Below, in pieces: positions 12,309 through 24,868 of a stretch of DNA of 64,000 nt. The stretch comes from Camelus dromedarius (lineage: Eukaryota): assembly GCF_036321535.1 (NCBI RefSeq), contig NC_087438.1, positions 9,798,001 through 9,862,000 on the forward strand, given 5' to 3'. Within the stretch, counting starts at the first letter, position 1; each line of letters opens with the position of its first letter. Below the pieces are notes generated by a model. That model was not told the origin of the DNA, ran no database searches, and saw only the letters and a program-made list of their open reading frames with translations. A program made the position numbers and the translations under genes.

Positions 12309-12664
12309 GTGGTGGGGGTAGAAATGAGGTACCCACCAATCTGAGAGACTAAAGACCCTGGAGGACTTCTAGGATTAAAGAGGACAGCTTAGCCAGTGCA
12401 AGGAGGAATGGAGAAACAATGAGGAAAGATATAACACATATAAGAGTAGCGTGAAAAGTTGCAGAGATAAAAGAGAAGGCAATATCTTCATTGTCTCAAA
12501 AGAGCAGAAATTCATATGTTGTATATTGACTCAGAAAGCTTCAAGACTTAACTTGGATCAAAAAGATTCAGAAGTGTTTCAGGCAGTGTGCTGAGAAAGT
12601 GGTAAAAAGATTAATAATTTAAAAACATTGGCGTGGAGGGTGCAGAGCTTCCACGCCCTCTCCG

Positions 12665-13030
12665 GCAGTGTATGAGAGCGTCTATTTCCCTGTAGCTTTC
12701 CCATGAAGTATGGTGTCAAATTTCGAATTTTTGCCAATCTGATAGGTGAAATACAGGATATAAGTATAGTTTCTAAAAACTATTTGTTGAAGTACAATAT
12801 ACATACAGAAATGCACACACCACGAGTATACAGCTCACAGAATTTTCACAGTGAACGCATTTGTACAGTCAACACCCAGATCAAAACCAGAAGGTTAGCT
12901 GCACTCCCGACCCCTCCACGTTCCCTTCCAATCGCTGTCTACCTCGCTGCGCGCATTACCCTGACTTCTAATAACAGAGATTAGTTTAACCTCTTTTCAT
13001 CCGTTTCATAAATGGAATCATATAATCTGT
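12665..13030 (-). mobile_element. Old L1 (L1MD/ME-like) fragments
   Basis: tttgccaatctgataggtgaaa; ttgttgaagtacaatatacatacagaaatgcac...ataaatggaatcatata. Confidence 0.65.
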
Positions 13031-13582
13031 TTCTCATTGGGTCTCAGAATGCAACCTCCTTTCTAATTTCATCATTTCTGCTATTGCCACACAACCACAT
13101 TGGATAACGGTGTCGGAAGCCTGGTCCAACTCTGATGTTCATGAGCTACATTAGATCAGTAGTCCTCTACTTGGATAATTCATAGAAATACTCAGAGAAT
13201 ATTGTATCTTACAGACTTAATCCAATGTCCTCAATGAATGAGTGAAAAAAATGTTATTTTAGAAATTTTGTGTGACTTTCCCAATGTCACAGAGCTTACT
13301 GGTGACAGAGTTAAACTGAGAACCCAGGACACTGAACCACCATTCCTCTGACACTGCTCACTACTCATGAGTGAGGAAGATGAGATGTGAAGCATTAAGT
13401 GCAATATTCAAAAAAAATAAAAAAGCAAACATCTCCAAGCAGAACATGTGACTGAAATCACTCCAGGGGAGAGAGCCCTGGTCTGAAGTGCTGGAACACT
13501 TCCTGGATGTGACTCACCATTTCTGCCTTAGTCCCGCTCCCAGGCCCTGAAAGCTGGCATCTGTTACACCACACAGATGTAC

Positions 13583-13759
13583 CTGTAAGGCTGCCTCTGC
13601 TTCTTCTAACGCTGGTTTGGCTGCTTCCAGCTTTTCCTCAGCAATGGCTTTATCTTTAGAGATGCTGTCGACAATGGCCTGGGCCTTGTCCTTCACCTTC
13701 TGTACCTCGGCCTTGACCTTTTCGGCAGCCTGTGCTTTCATCATCACTTCTTTTAAGAC
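13583..13759 (-). CDS. DNAH5: DNAH5 exon ~58, stalk CC1
   Basis: 177 nt; [59 protein letters not shown]; donor CAG|GTACAT. Confidence 0.96.
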
Positions 13760-14017
13760 CTAATTCAACACAAAACAAACAAACAAGAAAACCTCCTCAA
13801 AAATCACCAAAGACCCAGTTTGGACATGCACATTTTGCTCGAGTTGTTGATTTTGTCCACTTACACGATGTTTCATACATAGAGTTAAGAAAATTGCATT
13901 CTGATGGAAATAAAAAACATATACTTCCATGGTTCTGAGTGAAGGAGCACACAGCATTAACATGTATGAACTGGGAATTCAAAAGAAAATGTGGTCCACA
14001 CGTGAACGCCCACCCAC

Positions 14018-14132
14018 CGTGTCGGCTTTATCATTGGCCACTAGGAGCTCCTTTTCTTTCACTGCCAGTTCTCTGCTCAGGGCTGCAACAGACTCAGAGG
14101 CTTCTTTTAGCTTTTCCAATCCGGTATTCATT
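14018..14132 (-). CDS. DNAH5: DNAH5 exon ~57, stalk coiled coil CC1
   Basis: 115 nt; [38 protein letters not shown]; donor ACG|GTGGGT. Confidence 0.95.
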
Positions 14133-15049
14133 CTGATGGAAAATCCAAGCAGGCAGTGTTAAAATGTGTGGTTCTTGGCCACATTTTCCCGGTCCCGGTC
14201 TACTGATACAGACAGTAATGGTCATATTTGAAGACTGATGCACCTACAATAGCAAACCCAAGAAGGCTTGGCAAAAAACGGTAAACCTCCAGGCTTGATT
14301 CCCGACTGAAGACACTTGTATGTTTGCATAGACCGGGCGTGGAAAGAGTGAATCTGCTAAGGACGCTGCATGCCGTAAGGAACAATGGTGTCCAGATTCT
14401 ATTTCACGCAGGAGACATGCTGAATGACCTTTTAGCTATTATGACAATAGACTGCAAATGCTTGAAGCCCTATCACGGAGGGAAGGAAATAAATAAGTTC
14501 TGTTTTTTTAAAGACACCAATGAAGTTAAAAGAAGAAAGACTTGGTATCAAGAAAAAAAAAATTTAAAGCCATCAGAACAGCCTCCTGAAGGGACCAGCT
14601 GCCTGCCTAACCCTGAAATAATGTGATCTTAAAGACTGGAGCCCTTGGAGGCATTTAGTTCAGTCACCCACCCAGAGGTCCCTTCCATAACCACCCTGGC
14701 TGATTCTGGCCATCTTCAGGCAGAAGATACAAGTGTTCAGAAAAGAGCTGGGCAGAGCAGAGAAATGTGGAACAAACTTCAGTGAAGTAGGATATTTACT
14801 ATGCACAGAACATAAGCGTCAAGCAACCTCTTCTATCCCAGACACTCAGAAAGGGTGGGACCAGAGAGATGAGAGGACAGAGGAGAGGATGTCTGTATTC
14901 TCAGCTTCCTTCTCAGCCCACTAATTCCATCATTGTCACTCAAAATTATAGAAAGTGTTGGGCCACATGAAAACTCAGCAACACTTAATCCTGTTGGGTG
15001 AGAATAAAGCCCCTCGCAACTATGGAATAATCCTTTGAACGCACTTGAG

Positions 15050-15275
15050 AATGTTTCTTAACCTCAGCACTATCGGTATCTGCAGCTGGATGGCTCTTCG
15101 TGATGGAGGACTGTGCTGTGCACTGTCAGGATGTTTAGCAGCATCCCTGACCTCTAACTCTTGTGATGCCGGTAGACCCCTTAGCCCCTCAACCCTAATT
15201 ATAGCAAACAAAAGTGTCTCCAGTCATTGCAAAATGTCCACTAAGAGCAAATGTGCCCCTAGTTGAGAATCACTG
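15050..15275 (-). mobile_element. MER20 hAT-Charlie element
   Basis: aggatgtttagcagcatccctgacctcta...tgtctccagtcattgcaaaatgtcc...gttgagaatcactg is the reverse complement of the recalled MER20 consensus. Confidence 0.87.
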
Positions 15276-15311
15276 CTTTAAAATAACTTTATATTTGATC
15301 TTCATCCCTAC

Positions 15312-15543
15312 CTGTTGGCCAGAGTTTGCACTTCCACAAGCTTTTCTCCATAAATGAACTTATAGCCCCGAATAAAGGAGAGGTATGATTTGGGCGTCAC
15401 ATGGGTAGAACGTCGGAATCTTTGGAAATAATCAACACATTTCTCAGCCACCCCATCCTGGAAGGAGCCCATGCACTGGACAACTTCCTTCTTGGTTTCC
15501 AAACTGCAGTCAATATCATAGGAAGAGAGGAAGTGTTCAGACA
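15312..15543 (-). CDS. DNAH5: DNAH5 exon ~56
   Basis: 232 nt; [16 protein letters not shown]...[36 protein letters not shown]; donor CAG|GTAGGG. Confidence 0.96.
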
Positions 15544-17386
15544 CTGGAAAGAATAAAGACAGCAGCGTGTGAGATATGAAAGTGAATTATCATTTTAAAA
15601 GTTAACTGGCTATTTTTTAAAACTTAGACAATCCTTAGGAATGCATGCCATCTTTATAGCCCCAGCTAGCTAGATATATGGCAGCAGTTTTGGCCCCAGG
15701 TCTCTGACATCAGAATTTTATCGTCCCTTTCATGTACAAAACTAGAACAGACTTTAAACCTATCATAATTCTTTGTTTTCTGGTACACGTACAAAGAAGT
15801 CTCTTCTCCACAGCTGTAGGTTCTGGTCAGCAGCCAGCTTGTTTTACGGTTTACATAAGGACAAAAGTGGTACAAACAACTCAGAAATCAATACCCACCT
15901 GGTACTCATATTTAACAACCCCAGTTATTTATTTATTTATTTATTTCACTCAGAACCTGCCATAACCTTAACTCTCCAGGTCCGGACTGCATTTGGCACG
16001 TGGAATGTTCGTCATTACATTTTTTTATGCCTGGGCCATCTTGTCCTTAAATGTGGCAGCTGGCCATCTGTAGTCAATTCGAATTTATGGTATCCTTTAA
16101 AAATGGATGAACAAAAGTCTCCTGTTGTAGACCTTTATCTTCCCAACAGTGCCAAACACGGGACCAATTCTAAGACAGTATTTCTTATTATAAGATTAGG
16201 CCATGAAGTCAGAGCTAATCCATCATCACTTACATAGAGGATGTGTGCCAAATGCCCACCACTATGACACTTGGTCTCAACTCCAAGGAATTCACAAGGG
16301 TTATGCATTACACAGTTAAAAATGATCAAAGCCATCTTTATGCATCTTAGAAAAAAAATGGCCTATGGATTGGCTTTAAAAGTGCTAAAAAGTATTGAAT
16401 AATAGACATAAAAGTTGCAAATAGAAATACCGCCAATAAAATGGGAGGGAAAAGAGGAAGAATCAAGGAACCGAGTGAACAAACCTATCAAGTCATAACT
16501 TGACAGAAAAATGGTGCCTTTCATCAGTAAGTCTCACTATATCAAGTTCTTAATGCCGTAATTGTAGGGTGGTGTTTACATTTATGTAAATAATAGAGAC
16601 AATTGATCAGCGTGGTTACAAATACAGTTTAACATATACACTGAAAGGCAATAAATTAAGACCCTCAGAAGTCATATTTTTTTCATATGTAGTTAAGCAA
16701 ATCCTATCAACAATTTAAATTCTAGGAAGGTTAAGTCTGGTCACTGGAAATATAGGAACAATTCTTTCCCGTGACAAATTGTTTGTCAGTATTAATCACA
16801 GTGGCTGAAGTACTGTCTGTGTGCTAGGAATGACACCAAGCTTTATGGAATATCCTCAGGGACAACCCCACTTTCTGAAAACTTTCTTGTATTTATCATA
16901 TAACGATTTTTTTCTTTCTTACATAAAACAGAGAGTATCAAAATGGTGCCTTTTTTCTTGATGTAGCAAGTTGTCTTTTTGTCTCTCCCAAAAGTCAAAG
17001 AATAAAAATGGGATGGATTCAAAACATATTTTTCCATAGACCCACAATCTCCGATGCCAGAAAGGTTAAGGGGGGGGGGTGTTGCAGTTCCTCTTAGGGT
17101 GACCTAAGCCTGCTGAGACTCAGACGCAAGCCATAGAAAACCCTTCTGTCACCTTCACTGTCCAGTCACCAGAGCAGCAAAGCCAGTTTGGGGGCCCACC
17201 TTTAGGCTGCTGTCTGAGGCTACTGTGGGTTATATCCTGGTATTGTTTGCTCACTTCACCTGATGTAGAACAGATGAGGTGGGATAGAAGGGAGGACACT
17301 GACCTCGGTCCCTGAATTTTGATGCCCTCAAACTTCCACCTCATTTGGATTCGATGAACTGAAGGAATAAAGTGAGGAAGATGCAT

Positions 17387-17467
17387 TTGTTGCCTATCCA
17401 GTAGCCATTCCCTCTTTGTTTTGTGTTTTTTTACTTTTCACTTCTCACATGTACTTTATTTTTTGTA

Positions 17468-17498
<31 letters not shown>

Positions 17499-17933
17499 TA
17501 TTGAAATATAGTCAGTTTACCATCCCCTCTCTTTGTGACTTAAAGAATCCCAACTTTGCTTAGAGTAACAATCTAACTCCCAACTAAAACTCTTTGATTC
17601 CCCAGACTGTCTTGTCACTGGGGCAGGGGGTGAGGTTCAGTTCTGGCCAATGACACATAGACAAAAGTCCCCGGGGCAGAATCTTGCCCTGAAGTAAAAG
17701 GCAAAGCTTCATGAGGCACCAAGAGACGCAAAGCCTTGAGATGCAGCCGCCATCTTGTGCCTGTAAGAGCCACAGCCTAAGGGGGTAGGAGTAAGGTTCC
17801 CAGCGGCATTGCTTTGACTGCACGTCTCTGCATTTTCTTGGTACCAGGAAAAAGAAACAAACAAACAAAAACCTACTTATTTACACCACCGCTTCTCTGA
17901 TTTTCTCTTACAGACACATTCTTAACCGATCCA
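17387..17933 (+). mobile_element. MLT1J/K-like MaLR LTR, interrupted at 17420-17519
   Basis: cagttctggccaatgacacata and gcagccgccatcttgtg are typical old MLT1 motifs. Confidence 0.65.
17420..17519 (-). mobile_element. Extremely truncated L1 tip + (AT)n + extra 3' segment
   Basis: attgaaatatagtcagttta matches the tip of the L1 at 1031; imperfect direct repeats at 17405-17419 and 17520-17536. Confidence 0.7.
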
Positions 17934-17989
17934 TTCAGAGGCAAGCATATCTAATCCCAGCAGATCCTAAATCACAAAACTTTATCAGT

Positions 17990-18130
17990 GAATCCTTACA
18001 ACACCCCTAAATGATGGATATCACTATGTACATTTTGTAGATAAGGAAACGAAGCTTAGAGAAGTTTGCTGGTAAGTAGCAGAACTGGACTTCAAAGCCT
18101 GAGATGATGAATTCCAAAGCTCACATCACC
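17990..18130 (-). mobile_element. MIR relic
   Basis: cattttgtagataaggaaacgaagcttagagaagtt core. Confidence 0.7.
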
Positions 18131-18961
18131 TTGATTTAGAAATTCAAATAAAACAATACTACACAAAGTCTTTTTAGTGCCAAACAAACATTTTTTAAAT
18201 TAAAGCCTAAGTTCAAAGATATCTGCTAATGTGCTTTATAAACAAAAGATGCTAATTTTTCTGGGAACCAGTGGGAACTACTGTAGTTGGCTTTACTTTC
18301 TGAGCAGTTATTGTGTGCAGTTGTCTCACCTCTCTTTCTGTTGCATCATTAGCTGCAAACAGTTGCAAAAGCAATGGTGGCAAACTCATAAGGCCAAAAT
18401 CTTGTATAGTATAAACTGAGTAATAATTTTCAAAGAGGGCCAGTTTATTTACATAATTAAGATGGTGGTCTTTGAAATATGCCAAAAATATGCTATTGAT
18501 TTTAGTTCCAATTTAATAATACTGTACTGATATAAAATGGTGTCTAGTCAAACATTAATAATTATCTTTGCCTTGGAGAAATCTAAATGAATTTAATTGA
18601 TTTAATAGTAACTTTGGAATCACAAGGTTTCATTAAGAAATGCGATACCCCCAGAATGAAGATAATACAGATACTTAGAAACAACTCAAAACAACTCCAC
18701 ATAAAGCTGAAAACAAAGATTTGCCAAAATGAAGATTACTAAATGGTGGGAAAGCCTAGAGTTTTACAAAGCATATTTTCCTTTAAATGTTTCACCCAGA
18801 AATTCAGTCCATTTCAATTCATACATATTAAGAACTCACTTTTTAAAAAAGCAATATAGTTATTAAAATCCTACAAAATCTAGCATCTATTGTATATGTG
18901 GGATAAAGGGGAGGACACTTGGCTCTTTCTGACTATCTTTAAATTAGAAAAATACTCTAAA

Positions 18962-20958
18962 GAACAAGAATAAACTATCCAAAAAAGAAATTAAGATAAT
19001 AATCTCACTTATATTAGCATCAAAAATAAAATAAAATATCTAGAAATACATTAAACCAATGATGTGAAAGATTTGTGCTGAAAACTATAAAACACTAACG
19101 AAAGAAATTACAGCAGATATAAATAAAAAAAAAAAGATATCATATGTTAATGGGTTGGAAGAATTAGTATTTTTCAAGTATCTATACTACCCAAAGCAAT
19201 TTACAGACTTAATGTAATTCCTATCAAAATTCCAAAGGCAGTTTATACAGAAACAGAAAAAAAAAAAAAAAGTCCTAAAATCCATAGGGAACCACTGAAG
19301 AACCCAAATAACCAAAATCATTTTGAGCAAGAACAAATCAAAATCACTTTCTGATTTCAAAATATGTAACAAACCTACAAAAATCAAAACAGCATGGTAC
19401 TAGCATAAACACAGACATGTAGACCAGTGGAACAGAATAGAGAGCCCAGAAATAAACCCTGACACACATACAGTCATACGACCTTCAGCAAGGGTGCCAA
19501 GAATACACAGTGGTGAAAGGACATCCTCTTCAATAAATCCTGTTGAGGAAACGGGGTAGCCATATGCAAAAGAGTGAAATTGGACCCTTATCTTACACCA
19601 TACACAAAAATCAACTCAAAATGGTTTAAACACTTAAACATAAGACCTGAACCATAAAACTCCTAGAAGAAACTGTAGAGGAAAAGCTTTTTGACAATGA
19701 GTCTTGGTAATGATTTTTTGGATGTGACACCAAAAGTGCAAGCAACAAAAGCAAAAATAGACAAGTGGGATTACAGACTAAAAAGCTTATGCCCAGCAAA
19801 GTAAATAATCAACACATGAACAGGCAATTTACAGAAGAGGAGAACATATTTGCAAACCTAATAAAGGGTTAAATATATATATAAGGAATTCCTACAACTC
19901 AATAGTAAAGAACAAGTAACCTGATTAAAATGGGCAAGGAACTGAACAGATATTTCTCCAAAGAGAAATGGCCAACAGGTATATGAAAAGATGCTCAATG
20001 TCACTAAGCATCAGAGAAATGCAAATCAAAACCACAAGGAGATATTACCTCATACCTGTTAAGATGGCTATTATAAAAAAATTTGTTTAAATTTTAAAGA
20101 TAAAGTATTGGCCAGAATGTAGAGAAACAGGAACCCCTGTACACTATTGGTGGGAATATAAGTTGGAACAACCACTATGAAAAATAGTAAGAGGTTGCCT
20201 CAAAAACTTAAAAATAGAACTACCAAATAATCCAGCCATCCCACTTTGGGGCATATATCCAAAGAAATTGAAATCAAGATACTGAAGATATATCTACACT
20301 CCCTTGTTCACTGCAGCGTTATTCACAATAGCCAAGACCCGGAAACACCCTGAGGGTCCATCGACAGATGAATGGATAAAGAAAATGTGGTATTAAAAAA
20401 AAAATGTGGTATTTACATACAATGGAATATTATTTAGCCTTAAAATAAGAAGGAAATTCTGCCATTTGCAACAACATGAATAAACCAGACCAGAAGGAAA
20501 AGTACCACATGATACCATTCACATGAGGAATCTAAAACAATCAAATCATAGAAGCAGAGTAGACTGGTAGTTGCCAGGGGACACGAGGTGGAGAAAATGA
20601 GGAGATATTAGTCAAAAGATGTAAAGTTTCAGTTACACAAAATGAGTAAGTCCTACAGATCTTCTGTACAGCATAGTGCCTGCAGTTAGCAATACTCCAC
20701 TGAATAGTTAAAATTTTGCTAAGTGGGTAGATCTTATGGCAGGTGTTCTTACCACAAAAATAGTCATTATCATTGTCATCATTAAAGAAGTGAGGAGGGA
20801 TCTTTTGGAGATAATAATGCATACATTTATGACATAGATTATAGTTTAACAGGTAAACACTCATCTCCAAACTTGTCAAGTTGTATACATTAAGTATGTA
20901 CAGCTCTTTGTATGTCATTCAGACTTCACTAAAATGGTTTAAAAAAAATAAAAATAAA
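18962..20958 (+). mobile_element. ~2-kb L1MA10-like element (degenerate ORF2 3' half + 3'UTR)
   Basis: ctacccaaagcaatttacagacttaatgtaattcc, ccagtggaacagaatagagagcccagaaataaac, gaaatgcaaatcaaaaccaca; ends in an A-rich tail. Confidence 0.93.
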
Positions 20959-21829
20959 GTACATCTTGAGGACTAAATAAATTAGAAAAATGCACAATAA
21001 TTCAGTACTTTTATGGAAAACATTTATTACAATCTAAATGAAATATGCTAACAAAATGGTATCTTTTCTTATTGATGTGCCTGGAGATAATAATTTAATT
21101 CAGAATACAGATCTTAAAGGCACCTTAAATGGTTTTTCTCGAAATCTTGTTCCTAATTTTCTAAAAAGAATAAATAACACTTACACCCCTAAGTGGACTG
21201 AGTACTTCCAATGCCCACAGATGGTATTCCTTCAAAACAACACAAGGCAGATTAATATTAAGTGTAGATGTCGGTTTTCCCAACAAGGTTTTATATTCAT
21301 AAAACAAAGAAGGTATGTCTCGTGTCTTATAATTATTTTATCCACGACTATGACTAGCACGGTACTGTGTATGCAGGCAGTAGGCTGGCTCTAAACATTT
21401 ACTAGACTAGATCAGAGACATAGTCACAGTAGCTCACTGGTTATCAAAAGGTTTAAAAAGATTGAAATGCCCAGGTGCATTATATACGGTTTAAGTGCTA
21501 TAGACATAAAAGGTCCAAGAAAGGGGGAAAAAACTAAATATTCCTAAGTGAACAAAGGATCTGATGTGTCTTGATTAAGCTTTGAAACTTAGATAAAAAA
21601 GATGGCAGAGAACAGTCTTGATAGGGGAGACAACATGGGGGAGAACATAGATAATCAGAGGATATTCAGGGTTCAAACAGAAGAGGTATATCTGAAAGAA
21701 AGAAGGTTTATGTTGGATTAGAGAAGACTGCAAGTAAGTCAGGGCCATATTATGGAAGGATGATGAATCTTAATGGTCTGATTCATTGATTCAACCCTGC
21801 AGGCGTCAGGCCCTGTAGCTCCTGAAATC

Positions 21830-22800
21830 GTGAACAAAGATTATGTAGTCTGTGAGCCCACGAAGTTTTAGTTTAGTAGGACAGATAAGCATTAATCAAA
21901 TCACACAACTAAGTATTTAAATTGAAAACTATGGTTATTCCGAGAAGGAAGAGCAGAGCGCTGTGAAATGCATAACAGGACAATTGGATTAGTGGGGGGT
22001 GGGGAGGAGCAGGGGACGTTTTCCCTGAGGAAGTGACATTTAGCTGAACCAGCAGTATCCGGACAAAGGGAGGAGGGCTCAGGGAGAACGGGAGGAGGAG
22101 GGCAAAACATGGGAAGAAAAAGGCCACGTTCAAGACTCAAGGAGAACAGAGCAGGAGGAAAAAGTGACCTCAGGTGAGGCAGGGGAGGTGGGCAGGGCCA
22201 GCTCTTCCCAGCCTTGCAGGCCATGCTAGAAACTGCTTTTTCCTGAGAGCAGTGGAAGGTTTTGAGTTGAAAGCAATGTGATGGGGTTTGTGTTTTTCTC
22301 ATTGTTCTGTCGGCAATGTGAGATGGATGAGAGACAGGCGAGAGGAGGAGCGACCACCAGAAAGCGATTTGAGTCTTCCAGGTGAGTTACAATGATAGCT
22401 TGGCCTAGGATGCCAGTGACAGGGAAAGGGTTGGATAGTTTCCAGCAATATTCAGGTGATAAAGTTGACATGAGTTAGCGATGGAGTAGACTTGAGAGTT
22501 GAAGAAAAGGAAGATGTTAAAGACAAAGAGTTCTCTGATTGCCAAGTTACATGCACCATCGTGAGACTTCCTGGGAGACAGTAATCAGAAGAGAACCAGT
22601 TCAGTTTTAGACATTTTCAGCTGAAGGAGCCTAAGAAACATCTATGAGAACGTATCAAGCAGGCAGTTGAGGGCACAGGTTTTGAAGCCAGAGGACAGGA
22701 GAGACCAGAGATAAAAATTGATGGTGCATATTACACAGGAGGCTGTGGATGAGCTTGGCAGGGAAGAGGGTCTGGAGTGAAGAAATGAGTCTGCCTTATC
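21830..22800 (-). mobile_element. L2 relic(s)
   Basis: ttccctgaggaagtgacatttagctga, gagcagtggaaggttttgag, gttcagttttagacatttt: antisense L2 motifs. Confidence 0.65.
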
Positions 22801-23128
22801 CTCCAATATGCCAAGCTCCATAAGTGGCAAGAAGCTCAACAAATACATTCTAAATAAATGAGCAAATAGACGCAGGCATGAAAGTCAGGACGCTTGCTAG
22901 GAACTGAGGAAACAGAAACAAAAGTTTCCCTGCCCTCCATATAATCTTGGCTTGGGTTGTTGCAATAAGATTTTTTTAAATGGGGCAGATTTGTGAGAAA
23001 TAAACAAAAGAAGGACTTTTGTCTTGTAATAGGAGGGACGACCGAAATAAAGACTTAACAGAAAGAGCTCCATTATTTAAATTAAATCATCCTAATTTTG
23101 GTATTAGGTGTGTGTCACTTGAAATTAA

Positions 23129-23506
23129 TTTTTTATTGAAGTACACTGAAGTTACAATGTTGTGTCATTTTCTGGTGTATAGCATAATGTTTCAGTCATA
23201 CGTATACATACATATATTGGTTTTCATATTCTTTTTCAGTGTAAGTTACTACAAGATACTGAATAGAGTTCCCTGAGCTATACAGTAGAAACTTGTTGTT
23301 TATCTATTTTATATAGAGTAGTGAACATTTGCAAATCCCGAACTCCCAATTTATCCCTTCCCACCCCCTTTTCCTCAGTAACCATAAGTTTGTTTTCTAT
23401 GTCTGCAAATCTGTTTCTGTTTTCTGTAAATAAGTTAATTTGTGTCTTTTTTTTTTTTTAGTTTCCACATATAGGTGATATCATATGGTATTTTTCTTTC
23501 TTTTTC
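23129..23506 (-). mobile_element. Camelid-type L1 3' end
   Basis: Clearly homologous to 1031-1380 (ttattgaagtac...gttactacaagata...ttccctg...tcccaatttatccc). Confidence 0.88.
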
Positions 23507-23885
23507 TATCTTAAAATTTTTATTTTTATTGTTAATAATACCTTACATGAGATTCCGCCCCCTTGAAAAAGAACACAAATGCTACCTAAGAGATTAAAAC
23601 CTCAGTGCCCTCCTGTGACATCCCAGAACTTGCCTGGGGACCAACTGAGACAAAGCTTTCCACCACACTGAAAACACTGAAATTTCTGAAAATAAACCCA
23701 AGGAGTATAGACTGAAGATCTCATTCTCTGATAATCACACTCTGGTGGGAAAAAAAAAAAAAAAATTACCTGCCAAATGAGAAAGAGTACCTTTCAAAAA
23801 TCCGCAAACTTTGGGCAAAATTGGGCAAATTTTGGGTTCAGTCCAGTAGAGAGACAGCAAACAGCACAGAGTGTAAATAAATAAA

Positions 23886-23911
23886 CACACACACACACAC
23901 ACATATACACA
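23886..23911. repeat. (CA)n microsatellite, read as (UG)n in the pre-mRNA
   Basis: Directly visible, ~45 nt into the intron after exon ~55. Confidence 0.85.
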
Positions 23912-23955
23912 GAGCAAACCAGAAACTCTGACGTAAAAATTTCCACCACACTAAC

Positions 23956-24223
23956 CAGCAATTAAGGCATCCTTAGGCCATCGGCTGAACCAGTCAATAG
24001 TGCATCCTGAAATGAGGGCGGGGAACTTCAAAGCTCGATTTCGAAATTTCTCCCCCACCGGGGAGAAGCAGAGCACAATGTGAAGGTTCTGCCGGACTCG
24101 GCTCATGAAGTAGTCATATAGGTTCTCGTTCGTAGGAGGGCGCCTGGGGTGTTCCTTTTTCATGGCAGATATGAGATCACTACTAATTTCATCAATTTCT
24201 TCACGAGCGAACAGGCTGGAGAC
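23956..24223 (-). CDS. DNAH5: DNAH5 exon ~55, AAA4
   Basis: 268 nt; [13 protein letters not shown]...[44 protein letters not shown]; acceptor tgAAG, donor CTG|GTTAGT. Confidence 0.96.
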
Positions 24224-24714
24224 CTTCAAGAAAAAGTCAGACGTTCCAATTCAGCACAGGCAACAGATCAGAACAGACAGCTTGATACGTATGATGTCTT
24301 TCCTTCATTTGTGTCTTTAAATTCACCTTTAAAAAAATCCACCAAAAGTCCTCAAGATGAACTACACCACATTTTAAAATACACAAATGATTCTATTATT
24401 AGCTGGAAAGTCATAGCCCTTTAAGGGGGTAAATGGACATATCAAAAATCCAATCAGCTTTCCTTATAACCTCCTTCTTCTGTTTTTCCACTTCTCATTT
24501 GGAGCTTTCATTAACGTTTTCAAAGCACAGCTCCACATTTTGACTGGAAGTTTTATTCTTCAAAAATCTAATAGAAAAAGCCATTCTTCATACTGATCAC
24601 CTAATCCCCAACAACAGCTCTTATTCAGAACTCTAATGGAAGGAAATACAGGGAGCTCAAACGTTGGAAGGAGTCTGAGGAGGCAAAACACATAAAGGAG
24701 AAATGAGCTCTTAC

Positions 24715-24868
24715 CTCACCCGATGATAAAACGTTGTTCATATATTCCAAAAATGACTCATCTTTTATCTCATTGTCAGTGAAAATAAAAGTGACTCCTT
24801 TGCCTTGCTGACCGGCTGTTCTATACAAAACCTTTAGGTCTTCCATCAGATTTGATGTGTTGTAGGAT
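24715..24868 (-). CDS. DNAH5: DNAH5 exon ~54, AAA4
   Basis: 154 nt; [51 protein letters not shown]; donor GAG|GTAAGA. Confidence 0.96.

Noticed and set aside
12630..12657. Hairpin ggcgtgga...tccacgcc (also atagcctg...caggctat near 37725)
   Set aside because: Stems of 8 bp are expected by chance several times in 64 kb.
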